Shown piece by piece: positions 28,944 through 40,885 of a stretch of DNA of 64,000 nucleotides (the first letter of the stretch is position 1; each line of letters opens with the position of its first letter). The DNA lies in NCBI GenBank assembly GCA_024704765.1, contig JAKMXF010000344.1, positions 142,537 through 206,536 on the forward strand, read 5' to 3'. This DNA is from Oopsacas minuta (lineage: Eukaryota; Animalia; Porifera). Below the pieces are notes generated by a model, which was not told the origin of the DNA, searched no databases, and saw only the letters and a list, made by a program, of their open reading frames with translations. The position numbers and the translations under genes were made by a program.

Positions 28944-29659
28944 CAGTAGTGTAACTGTGGGAGCTGGAGTGTGCAATTCCCCCCATTTTGAAACTTGAAA
29001 CATTCTTACTATTGTGCCAATATGTATAGAATCAGTAACCCTGTATTCTTACCTCCACTATTGTTATGAAACCCCATTTGTATATTTCTGCTTGTTTATT
29101 GAATTCCCTACATTTGGGATATTTCTAGAGTGGTCGAACCTTAAAAAATTTCGCTCACTCTCTCGCTCGCTGGTAATACTTGTTGAATTTGAGATAACAT
29201 TTTTGAGAACGGATGGAAATGTGGAAATATGCCAGTTTAGCAAGATTTCAGGAATAATATAATTAATGTTACATAATTTCCTCATTATTTGCATGTAATG
29301 TTCGTGAATTCAAATTTATGAGTGTGGTATATAGTGCTTATGCTAGAAAAGTATAATGAAAAGTGAGCTAGTTGGATCACTTTAATACACCATTACGAAA
29401 CTGAATAATTGACTGAAACAATTGACTGAAACAATTTGATATTGAAAGGTATACAATCCAACTCTTGCTTGTCAAATACCTGGATGCTGGAAAATATTCC
29501 TTTCTTGAGGTCTTGAAACTCTAAATTTCTGCCCCGCAAGTCTCGCTAGTACCTTTAACATTACATTGCAATGCAAAAGGTACTTTGAATGATATAATTT
29601 CCAGCGCCCCCCCTAGTTTTTGTGATCTACCCCAATGTTTTCATTTTGTTGTTCCACTG
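28944..29659. mobile_element. Non-autonomous hAT element
   Basis: Ends CAGTAGTGTAAC / GTTGTTCCACTG; 8-bp TSD TCCGCGGA / TCCGCGAA matches at 7 of 8 positions. Confidence 0.7.
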
Positions 29660-31188
29660 TCCGCGAATAGCCAAAACAGTTTCTAAATAGTTTTTATAGA
29701 GCCTAGGTCCGGGGTATTGACCCTCGCTATGCTCGCGACCCCTCCTAGAATTTTCCCAGAATTTATATACAATAATATTCCTAGAATTTATATGCATAAA
29801 TCTATCGTATGACCACTAAAGAATGTAATGACAAATCTTTAATATTATATTCCACATATTAACAGCCTTTAATTGTTTTAACACTCCAAATACATATTCC
29901 TAGATACTATAGTATTGTTTCAATCCATTCCGCTAATCCAAGACAATCACTAATCCTAATGAATGATTTTGTAATTGTAACAGTTCTGTTTGGATTAGCA
30001 GGGATGTATTGCACCATAAATTCAAATAAAATGGATAAATAATTGTACTAGCTTTCGTATGTATTACGCCAGTTTTAACGCTCGGGAACTCTCCTTAGAT
30101 ATTGCATGTGTGGGAATAATTTGAAAGTACTGTATAAGTAGCAATTTTTCAATTATTGTTGTATCTATGTCAAATGACACATAATAGTTAGAGAATTGAT
30201 GTTTTTAATATTAATGAGATATTTGAGAGCAATCATGTTTTTGGAAATCTCTAAATATCAGAATGAAACCATTAAGTTCTTCAGGTATAATCAAACAATC
30301 AGATTGAAAAAGAGTCCATTGTGAAGAATCCAGTAATTTATATAGTTTAATAACTCTAATAACGAATATCTTAGTTCTGAAACATTCGGAAGTGGTCAAA
30401 ATTTCCCTATCTAAATTAATACCCATATTGAGATGATAACCTGAATTTCAGTGGATAGCAATGGTGTAATACATGATATCTACTGTAACTCAGAAACGTG
30501 AAATCTTTGTCCTAATTTCCACTCAATTCGAATATGCGATAATTGATGTTCTACGGAGCTTAATGATAGATTTTGACTAATGCCTAGTACTTAGTGTACA
30601 GATATTTTGAAATATTCCTGAATTTTATAGCATTATTGGGTTGAAGATTTGTTGTTTTGCAAATTTGAAGTATGTTTTTATTCTTGCCAAAATGCATTGT
30701 TTCTGCAATCTAGAAACCATGTAATATATGCTTTCTGTTAATATCGTAGCCATGGTCCAAACTCTCCAAGTTGTTGTCTGGATATGTTCTGACTTATCTA
30801 TCTACGTAATTTAGTATGTCATTACGTATTATAGACTTATCACTCGAATCTTCCTTGGCTTTAATTATATCAATTATATAGAATGATGCGAATAACAATG
30901 CTTGTGTATTTTACGAAATTATATTTTTTGATCATTTATGAGTTTTGTTTGTCCTAGTTAGGGTCTCTTTTGCTTGTAAAAACTGGTAATAGTCTTCTTC
31001 TACTAATTCATCTATAGAGATTCTAAAAACTCTAAAAATATATGTTAATTTATTCATATCAATGCTAATATGAATGTGCCTATAAAATTATTACATTGTT
31101 GGGTAGTCAATTAGTCATCATAAACTTTTACTCTTGTTTATAATGAATCCCCGTCGCATATCGTATTTATTATTCTTTATTTCATTAG

Positions 31189-31652
31189 GGAAACTTTATG
31201 GTGTTTCAGTTGATTGGTGGTCCTTTGGTGTATTGTGTTATGAAATGCTGATTGGCCAATCACCATTCCAAGGAGAAGATGAGGATGAACTTTTTCATTC
31301 CATTTGTAATGATTCTATTGATTATCCTAGATGGCTTAGTAAAGATGCTATTAATCTTGTTGATAAATTGCTTCAACGCATACCTGATCAGAGAATCGGT
31401 TGCACAGAACAAATTGAACCTCTCAGACATCATGTATTCTTCCGTACCATTGATTGGAATCTTTTAGAGAATTTGAAAGTTCAGCCACCTTTTAAACCAA
31501 AAGTGAGGTCATCGAATGATGTAGGAAACTTTGATGCTGATTTCACTATAGAACCGCCTAATTTAACGCCATCGGATGAGCGAATAATTCAAGAAATGTT
31601 GCAGTCTGAGTTCGATGGGTTTTCCTTCACAAACCCCAATTACAAAACGTAG
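31189..31652 (+). CDS. PRKCD: Novel PKC terminal exon: kinase C-lobe and AGC C-tail
   Basis: Acceptor tttatttcattAG ends at 31188; G|GG rebuilds Gly in EIIQG-KLYGVSVDWWSFGVL. Also contains YEMLIGQSPFQGEDEDELF, turn motif NLTPSD and hydrophobic motif FDGFSFTNP; stop TAG ends at 31652. Confidence 0.95.
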
Positions 31653-32163
31653 TTGTTATATTGAACTTCATGTTCTATGTCCAATTTTGTATATCTTTGA
31701 TTTTTTGGTTGTATATTTAGAGTTTGATTTTGTGGGATTTTTTGTTTTGTTGTTATCTTTATTGCAATTGATCATTAACTTGCCATATTTTACCTTTGCA
31801 AATCTAGGTATATGCTTCGTATATTGACGAAGACCTTGTTATTTGCCTTGGATTAACTTTCATGGAATACTGCCAATTTTCAAATTATAATGGTGTAACT
31901 AGAGAGGATTAGATTTTAAGTGATAAGCCTTGCTATAAGTTGATGTCAATTATTCGGATCCTAGCCATCTTATTGTTTATAATAGGGCAGACTTATAATT
32001 TATAACTCCAATACATCCGTGATAGTGATTATTTGAAAATTTACCAACATAAACATAATCTATCAAGGAATGTATTTAGAATTTTCATAATCGAAATCTC
32101 GGTTGTATTATTTGTATATGTTATGGGCAGTATGAGAAATTGGGCATTATGCATAATACCCAG

Positions 32164-32280
32164 CAATATACATAATGCTACTTTCTTAGTCAATATGCAT
32201 AATGCTACTTTTATTGGGCAATATGCATAATGCTACACATATTGGACTATATGCATAATGCTACTCTTATTGGACAATAT
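32164..32280 (+). repeat. Subterminal tandem array, ~28-bp unit, about 4 copies
   Basis: Core CAATATGCATAATGCTAC repeats at 32164, 32191, 32219 and 32247, continuous with the left TIR of the integrase-type element. Confidence 0.85.
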
Positions 32281-32487
32281 ACGAAATCCAATTATTCATA
32301 CGCAATATGCAATTTTCTTATCTTGTTATCAGCAATTTTTATATAACAAATGTTTTGGCTAGTTATTCTTCTATAAATACTCAGCTACTTGGCTTACGTT
32401 TATTCTTTGCTAATAGTACTATGAGGTCTCTATATTCACAACTATACTTATTACTGCAGCTTTGGTTGTTGTGACACCTACTGTGAT

Positions 32488-35225
32488 CAGGGGCGGCGCC
32501 AGGATTTGGCAAAGCGAGGAGCTGGGCCGGGCGACACGTTTTATCGCGGGGGCCAAGCTCGCTCGACATATCTATTAAATGATTCAACATATTCCCCATT
32601 AATTGCCAGAAAATTCTCTGATCTGGTGCTTTAGATGAAAAACATAGGTAAATCAGAAATAAAGACATAGATTATTAAGATAATAAGGTACTAACAATCA
32701 AACACAAAAAATTTATGCAAACATGGCCTGTGTAGTTAATCTATCATATACATGCTAAAGGAGAAAAATGAAGTATTTGAATTACTGTTATGTAACCAGA
32801 TGGAATAATGCCTATTAGTGACCATCAATGCAAAACAATTCTTCTCTTGTTGCCTTCTGCAAACTTTTCAATCACTGTATCTTTATCCAAGTCCTGAGCC
32901 ATTTCTATATTTGTGTTCAAAACTCCTAAATCACTTACACGATCATTCCCATGGAACTGCCAAATAATTTTTAATGCGGTTCATGGTGGAGAATGAGCGT
33001 TCTTCCTCAGTAGAAGAAGTCGGGATTATTAGGGCAAACTTGATACACTTGAACAAGATATGAAGAACACGCTCGTGGGGAGCAATAAATTTTAGCATGT
33101 CATTTAGTGAAAGAGGCAAGTGAATAGCATCTACAGAATCTCTCTCGAAAATGTGTTTCATTAGTCCTATTTCCATTTCAAGCTTCTTGTTTCCTTCCAA
33201 AACCAGCCCACATTGTCTACAAAAGCCTTTGATATCACCTAAGTCGCAAAATTTCTCAGTCCCTGGCTTTAAGGCATAAATTCCACGAAGTACAGTTTAG
33301 CTTTCAGCATCTAAAAATCTCCTATCAAAATCAGCGACAGCTTTTGCGCAGACTGGCTGGAAAACATGATGGTGATAATCGTCTGTGCTCTCATAATTGC
33401 GAATAAATGCGTCACGATCAACTCTCTTTTTACGAATTCTCCGAGATGGCAACTCAGGTAAACCCCTTTCTTAACCAAATCCTGTGATTCACTCCAAATA
33501 ATGTTCCAAATCGAATCTTCTGGGAATTTGGGTCTGTCAAACCAATTGCGGGCTTGCTGAATTTGTGCCAAAGCTTCAGATATATTTTCAGACTTACCCT
33601 GAAATTTAAGAGAAGCATCATCACATATTTTCAAAAACCATTTAGCAATTGATAAATGAACGACGAAAGATGATGTCAACTGAGAATGAATCAGCCTAGC
33701 GTAGCTCCGCGATCTCCACCTTGGTATACCATATCATCCAAATTGTCTATAATTGAATCGAAAGTGAGGGCTACAGCTTCACAGCTGTGTGCTCTAGATG
33801 ACCACCTTGTGTCAGACAAAGTTGAAATTTTGCGGGGTTTGCTGATTTTTTGCTTTGTCTTTTTGGTGGTGAATAATACAGAGTGTACAACAGAAGAACT
33901 AAAGAAGTTGTAAATCTTCTGGAGTGTTGAAAAAAGATCACAAAATTTTCCGAATGCTTTACTGAGATCAACAACAACAATCAAATTTATGCGGTGGGCA
34001 TAACAGTGCACATAAATTGCCCTTCCGCATTTCTCACGAACAATTTTCTGTACGCCATTACATGACCCAGACATAACACTCGCTTCGTCGTAACATTGGG
34101 CAACACATAGTCATGTGGAATGCCCATTTCACCCAATAGGTTAAAAATATCAGTGCTTAATGACTTTGCATCTAATCCTAAACATCTGTGGAAAGCTGCG
34201 AATGAATCCTGCACCTCACTGCAGTAAACATATCTGAGTATCAAACCAAATTGTTCTTGTTTTGAAGAATTCTCGTGTTTATTAAAGGATCGCATACAGC
34301 AACCAGATGCAAGAGAGCAATGAAAATTTCCAGGATTAGAAGCTGAATGATCAGTTTCTCTGTGACCACGTATAGTAATACCCTTGTCCACAGCAAGTTA
34401 GAATGCAATCGATAATACCACGAAGATAATGACGGTTTTCATCGACAAGCTTTTTATGAACAGCATCCATAAACGAGACAATATTTTCATTGTTTTGTAC
34501 AGAACGCTGATAGCCCAGCATTTTCTCTGTAGCAAAACGATGATCAGAACTTTTAACGTGGTTTGTAAACTTCTCTAATGCATTCTTAAAATATGTAAAA
34601 CCAGTCTCAATAAAAGCATCACCATTTCCAAAAAATCTACAAAACTGACAAAAAGCTGCATTCTTAGCTTAAGAATACTCAAGCCATGCAAAATCTGAAT
34701 GCCACTTTTCCTAAAAAGAAAGACCTTCACGCTTAGGAAATGTGTTCAACAATGGTTGCGCAGGTTTGTCAGTCTTAAATTGAGAGATATCAGAAGAACC
34801 AGGTATATGCGCACAATACTTTCCTCCGATTCCGAATCAAAGGAATCATCTGGGCAAGGACGTTTAGCACGAACAGGTTTTTGAGCTTTGCCAAATAGCC
34901 ATCCAAAGACATAATTTAGTTGAAATAAAATAAATCTAACATCGTAAGTAGAATAAACAAATATAATAAAATATACAACAAAATGACTCATCAACTGAAT
35001 GAAAAACAAGAGTTTCGGAGAAGTAAGGCGGAATATTTAGCTAAATTAGGCATCTATAAACACAACCTAAAAAACATGTACTTTTAAAACAAGCAAATTT
35101 CGGAAAAAAACAAAACAAAGACGAAGCAGGTTCGTTCAAAATTTTAAATTTTTATCTCCTGAAATTTACTGAGCGGCTCAAGGGGGGGCTTGAGCCCCCC
35201 AAATTTGTCCTGGCGCCGCGCCCTG
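32488..35225 (-). mobile_element. hAT element (ZMYM1-like transposase), disrupted
   Basis: Ends CAGGGGCGGCGCCAGGA / TCCTGGCGCCGCGCCCTG; TSD ACTGTGAT / TCTGTGAC. Motifs IRGHRE...NPGNF, YVHCYAHRINL, LSDTRWSSR and STEEERSFSTMNRIKNYL. Confidence 0.92.
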
Positions 35226-35235
35226 TCTGTGACAT

Positions 35236-38200
35236 CAGTGGTGGATTAATGGTGGGGCGGATGGGGCAGTCCCCCGGGGCCCGACTAAAAGGGCCCCTAT
35301 ACAAAGCTGTAATATTTGTATTGGGAAATTTGTTGCATTATATTGTTTGAGTAGTGAACCAATAACACTGATAAGGTTAATTAATTTTGAACAGTGAAGC
35401 AATAACAATGATACAATTAATAGGCAGCACACCTTTAAAATAAACAAGCCCAGCCCTTATCTACTTTTACAATGACTTTTTCGAGTCTTAATATATTCTC
35501 CACTTTTCAGTAATGCATCCTATTCACAAGTCGGGGGCAACTAAAAGAAAAGAACGTCACCTTCGCGAAGAGCAACAGATACAAGAAACGTCTAAACTTC
35601 CTAAACTAGACACATTCTTTAACCTACAATCACAATCCCAAGAATCGCCAGCCGAAGGCTATGAGCTTCTACTTCAACATCCTCTTTTGTACCTCTTGGC
35701 GATTCATTTGTATGTAATTCAAACGAATTACTTTCAGTAGTGGACTCCAGTTTTATCGAGTCAGAGTATCAAGTTCCCGAGGTTGTAGAAGAGCAACATG
35801 CTTTAACCCAGAAAGAAATGCAACTTGTGAATGACTTTGGGTTGTGGGACGATATATCAGAGGACATATGAAATCGCTGGATAGCCGAAGGAGTGAAGGT
35901 TGTAGAAACAATTGTAATAACTTCCTAATTCTGACATGATTCATAGAAATAAAGGATATCACCAATATTGCTCTAAGTCTTTCTTCACACGAATTCATCC
36001 TTTGACAGGAGAGTTTACAGAACTTATATGGCACTGTTACTCGCCCTCAAGAGGGAAAGTATTCTGCTTCGCTTGTAAGCTCCTATCACCAACAACTAGT
36101 TTATTCACTCAAGGCTTTAATGACTGGAAGCATGCTGACGAGAGAATTTCGTCCCATGAAAATAGCCAGCAGCATAGAGAAGCCATGGTAATTATGTGCA
36201 CGAGAAAAACAAGTATTGGTAGAGTGGATTGTCATATCATAGAGGAGTTTGAAAACCAACGACAGTATTGGCGCAAAGTGATAGAGTGTGCAGTATCTGT
36301 AATAACATGTTTTGAGAAAGGGGTCTCCCGTTGAGAGGGAAAGACGAAGTCATTGGGTCTCCAAGAATGGTAATTATCTAGGAGTGATGGAAGTCCTTTC
36401 AAATTACGATTCATTCCTTGATCAACACATCACTATGTTCGTTAACAAAGGAAGGGGCCATACTTCATACTTGTCATCAACCATTTGCGAGGAATTGATT
36501 AGTCTAATGGGTAGCAAGGTTCTTGATACAATTACCAAAGAACTGAAATCAGCGAAGTTTTATTCAGTGTCTGCCGATTCGACATCCGATGTTACACACT
36601 CAGATCAACTGACATTTATTGTCCTCTGTGTCTTACCGACTGGGCCTAAGGAAATATTTCTGAAGTTTTTACCGACTGGGCCTAAGGAAATATTTCTGAA
36701 GTTTTTACCGACTGGGCCTAAGGAAATATTTCTGAAGTTTTTACCGACGATCGGTCATACTGGACAAGTGATAGCGGAAATGATACTAAGCTTTCTAGAG
36801 GAATATGGAATCGACATCAATAATTGTCGTGGTCAAACATATGATGATGCATCAAATATGAGTGGGAAATATATAGGTGTGTAAACTATCATCAAACAAC
36901 AGAGTCAATATACGACATTTATACCCTGTGTAGTTCATTCCCTCAATCTTGTGGGAAAAAGTTCCGCTGAATGTAGCCCAGTGATTGTGAGATTCTTTGA
37001 CATTATACAAAAGTTTTACACTTTTCTCTCAGCATCTAACGTATCGATGGCGACTTCTTTATGAAAAACTTAAGCCCATAGGCTTGTCTGTAGTCAAGCG
37101 GCTTTCTGATACTCGGTGGTCGCAAGATATGAAGCAGTGGAAGCCCTGCACAAAGGATATAATATTTATGTGAGTTTTACTATCTTTGGCGTCGGATATT
37201 GAACAGAAGGTTGACTGTCGAAATGAAACAAGTTCGATGCTTAAAAAACTTGGCGTTAGATTCCGTCATTCTTCTTGTATTTTGGGAAACAGTTTTAGAG
37301 CGCTTCCACCAAACTAATCTCTCCTTTCAGTCAAGCACTTTAAATCTCAATGTCATGGTATCGTTACTCGAGTCCCTTGTTGGATTTATTGAAACTCTGA
37401 GAACCGAATTTGAACATTTTCATAAGCAGGGTATTATTTGAGTGGACATGACCAGTACAACTCAGTCCTTAAGCGAGTAAGAGTACCCAACCGTCGTTAT
37501 TTTGATGTAGATGACGGAAATGAAGATCGCAATATGTCGCCAATGGATAAGTTCAGACAAGACGTGTTTCAAGTTATCAATGATCAGTTGATAAGTGACT
37601 TGAAATATCACCTTGAGGCATATAAAGAAATCAGCTATAACTTCGGATTCTTGTGTAAACTACCATCTTTCCTAATCAAATGATCAAACAAGCTGTAGGA
37701 AAAAATACATGCTCATATCCCAACGATCTGGAACCTACGATTGAGATTAAGCTTATTCAATTTTCCAGCTTGATCAGATCTTTCGGTAGAGCTCCAAACA
37801 AATGAAAAAACGAAGTCAACAGAGCTGAACATGTATGAATTCCTTGACACACAAACCCCACGCAAACGTTCCCCAACATAGAATTAGCTCTTCGAATATA
37901 TTTATCTCTGATGGTATCAAATTGTAGTGGTGAGAGGTCTTTTTCGAAACTGAAACGTATCAAAAATGAGCTCAGAAATAGAATTGGACAAGATCGACTT
38001 AATAGTCTATCAATCAGGAGTATTGAGAGTGATGTACTGAGACAACTAGACTTTTCACAGATAATTATGGATCTTTGTCATCTGAAGAGTAGGAAAAGGC
38101 CTATATAATGTCACTCTAAGGATTATTTTCTTCTATAAGTAATACATGAATAATTACGTAAAAATTTTGAATATACGTATAATAATTTTATAGCACAAGG

Positions 38201-38298
38201 AGCCTGTAAAAGTATATTCGGGGTGTCCCTAAATAAACTCCTAAAGGCACATGGTTGATGTCCGCCCGGAGGCCCATTATACCCATAATCCATCTCTA
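35236..38298 (+). mobile_element. hAT element (ZMYM1-like transposase), disrupted
   Basis: Left end CAGTGGTGGATTA, degenerate right end TAATCCATCTCTA; TSD TGTGACAT / AGTGACAT. Motifs: TTF finger (YSPSRGKVFCFACKL), DSTSDVTHSDQL, RGQTYDDASNMSG and SGERSFSKLKRIKNELR. Confidence 0.92.
36633..36748 (+). repeat. Perfect 36-bp tandem triplication inside the hAT transposase
   Basis: TTACCGACTGGGCCTAAGGAAATATTTCTGAAGTTT occurs three times plus a partial TTACCGAC, encoding LPTGPKEIFLKF x3. Confidence 0.97.
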
Positions 38299-40885
38299 AG
38301 TGACATAATCGATTTGAAGGATTACACTTGCACGTAGTACGAAGACATGTTTTCTTACAAGAGCAATGAAACATCCCTTGACCTGTCCCAACTGATTCAT
38401 TGCGTGCTACTGGTCGCAAATAAATTTCTTTTCCTGTTTCGACATTATTTATCTCCAAGAATTTATCGAGGCATGGAGAAAATTGATTTCTGTTGTAATG
38501 CGAATTCAATTGACCGTATTTTGTACCTAGCTCGTAAGTACCATTATGCTCGATTGCCACAACAACTGTTGTAATGTTTCGAAAGTCACCTTTACCTCGA
38601 TCTACGTCGGGTAGAGGGACCATTACTGTATCCCCAATATTTGCTTGTTTGAATCGTTTTCTAGATTGCTCGAACATTTTATCATCCTGCTCTCCTTGTA
38701 TTCTTTTCGCTCCTTTTCGCTGCTGCGTAATTTGATTCACTTGATGACATAGTCTCCATAATACAGCTGAAACAAATCCTTCTTCTTCACTTCCATTATT
38801 TACAGAACATGGTGGTATAACATGTCAAAAAGCCCACAAGACATACAAGTGTGCGCTCCATTGGATATTTGTTGATATGATACAGAATTATAGTTTGTTA
38901 TTTCAGATTGTTGAGTGATTGATGCTGTGTCTGGGGCTATATCGTCTTGTCCTAAAATCTGTTGCCTCGAATTTTCTTCTTGTGAGTTCAAAATTTCTCC
39001 TAATTACGCTTCAGTATCTAGGATAGAATCGGTATCAATTGTGAGGTTGGTTGAAACTACTCCTAGTTGTGGTCTTATCCCCAAAACAGCTTCATAAGGA
39101 GTCTTTCCAATTCCTAAGATAGTTCAAATATAAACGCATACTTACTATTTTATTATATATTTTGTTATAATGATTGATCTTAAATATAATCTAATACCTA
39201 TATGTAGTCTTGTGTTAATTTTCCATTGGACGAATCTAAGTCCTTCTGACCATTTGGTTGAATTTCGTCACGCATCCAGCAAGCAAGTACTTCTTTGACG
39301 CTCCGATTTGCACTCTCAACTGAGCCTTGTGACTGGAAGTGTCGAGGTTTTTCCGTGGACCATTCGACACTCAGGCCAGAGATCTATTACTTTTCCTTCA
39401 CAATCTTAAAAATGTAGCTAAAAGGTGTGAAAACAAGATTAATCATATGATAAATCTATGTATAGGGTGATAATATTCATTCTACACAATTTAACATACC
39501 TGATTCGAAACTCGCGGCCATTATCAGATTGCAGAATATAAGGTGCCCCTTTATCACAAAATATCAATCAGATGATATGCTACCCCTTCTGCACGTTTCG
39601 ATTCTAGCGCTTTTAATGTTACAAACTTAGCAAGATTATCTTGATATGTAATAATATATTTGTACTTGTCGTCTGGTTGGCTTTGCATATCAATGAGGTC
39701 AACCTTGATAGAAATAAGTTAATACAAACTGGAATTATTCCTCCGATTTACATGTCCAGTTCATTATATTTGTAGAAAATAATGCTTCATTAGTAGAATT
39801 TTGCAGCTGCAATGCGAAATTTGATTAGATAAACAATATACCTCACCTCGCATCTCGAATTGAGCTGATTCCTAATGATTGGCTTGACAACAAGAGATTT
39901 TCTGAATTTACTTTTTTTAAGCTGGCATTTTTCGCAAAGTTGCAAATAGGTACAAATATGTTCTCTCGTAATGTTTGCATAAGCTTCTGACAGTTTATGT
40001 TCCATGAGTACTTTACCACTATGTCCAGTTGACAGGTGAGCTGCATGTATAATATCAAATAATTCCTCAAAGAAAACGAATTGTTGCTGCATGCTTGTTT
40101 CTTAAGCTTTGATTATGATACCATCAACTTTAATTTCCAAAATTTCGAATTTTTTCATTAGTTCATAATCCTTTGGATTTTTTTGAATACTTTTATCTTC
40201 ATCCAGGCTTTGAATTCGCTCTATTGTTGCTTGATAAACATCCTTGGTGAAAAATGTCATGTTCCCTGCCTTATTCTTCACAGCTTCAGCTATTTTATTC
40301 ATATATATTTCTCGAGTGTTCATTTGGTAATTGGACTATATTCTGGACAGTATGTTTATTCAGTGCTCAAGTATGCAATATAAAGTTTTAGTAAGGCACA
40401 TGGCTAAATATAAAGGGTCCAAGGGAGACCATATAAAGTTGACGTACTTGGTTCAAAAGGACCACTTACAAGGTAGATTGTCCGACCAGAATACATATAG
40501 CGGAACCTAGCATGATAGAATTATCCTATATCTACGATCAGTTTTCATGAATTGAATTAATTAAAAGTCGATTAATTATTACGAGGCACACTAAACTAGC
40601 ATTATGCATATTGCCTGGGCATTATGCATAATGCACAATTTCTCATACTGCCCTTATCATATATAAGATTTAATATACTATACGTGTTTTATTTGAACGT
40701 ATTAAGCGTCTAGGTTAACTTCGAAAAATGAGATTTTGACATTGTTAGACTAGTATAAGTCACATTATTGTCAAGTATTACATAATTTGGTTAACTATGC
40801 TGAGATTTCTCCTTAACAATTAGAAAACTACTGTTTTGATGCAAAATATACCGAAGAAATTACGTCACAAAATTATAGATTGAAC

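Larger units (their letters stand above)
32125..40653 (-). mobile_element. Integrase-type (KRBA2/SCAND3/Ginger-like) DNA transposon with an intron-containing transposase, split by two hAT insertions
   Basis: TIRs of ~56 bp begin GGGCAGTATGAGAAATT, and TTAT flanks both ends. ATG at 40323; HHCC finger (HAAHLSTGH...CEKC); DDE motifs VDLIDM / QSDNGREF / SQGSVESAN; TPYEAV; C-terminal CSCKKTCLRTTCKC...CHSRCH...CSNK is restored by removing the hATs. GT-AG introns at 39704-39846, ~39405-39499 and 39114-39197. Confidence 0.88.

Noticed and set aside
32164-32280. CRISPR-like array of ~28-bp repeats
   Set aside because: The units are contiguous with no unique spacers, there are no cas genes, the context is eukaryotic, and the array is part of a transposon end.
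38198-40470. TGT...ACA ends for the integrase-type element (TGTAAAAG near 38205, CACTTACA at ~40470)
   Set aside because: The two are not inverted repeats, the first lies inside the second hAT, and the transposase continues to ~32440.
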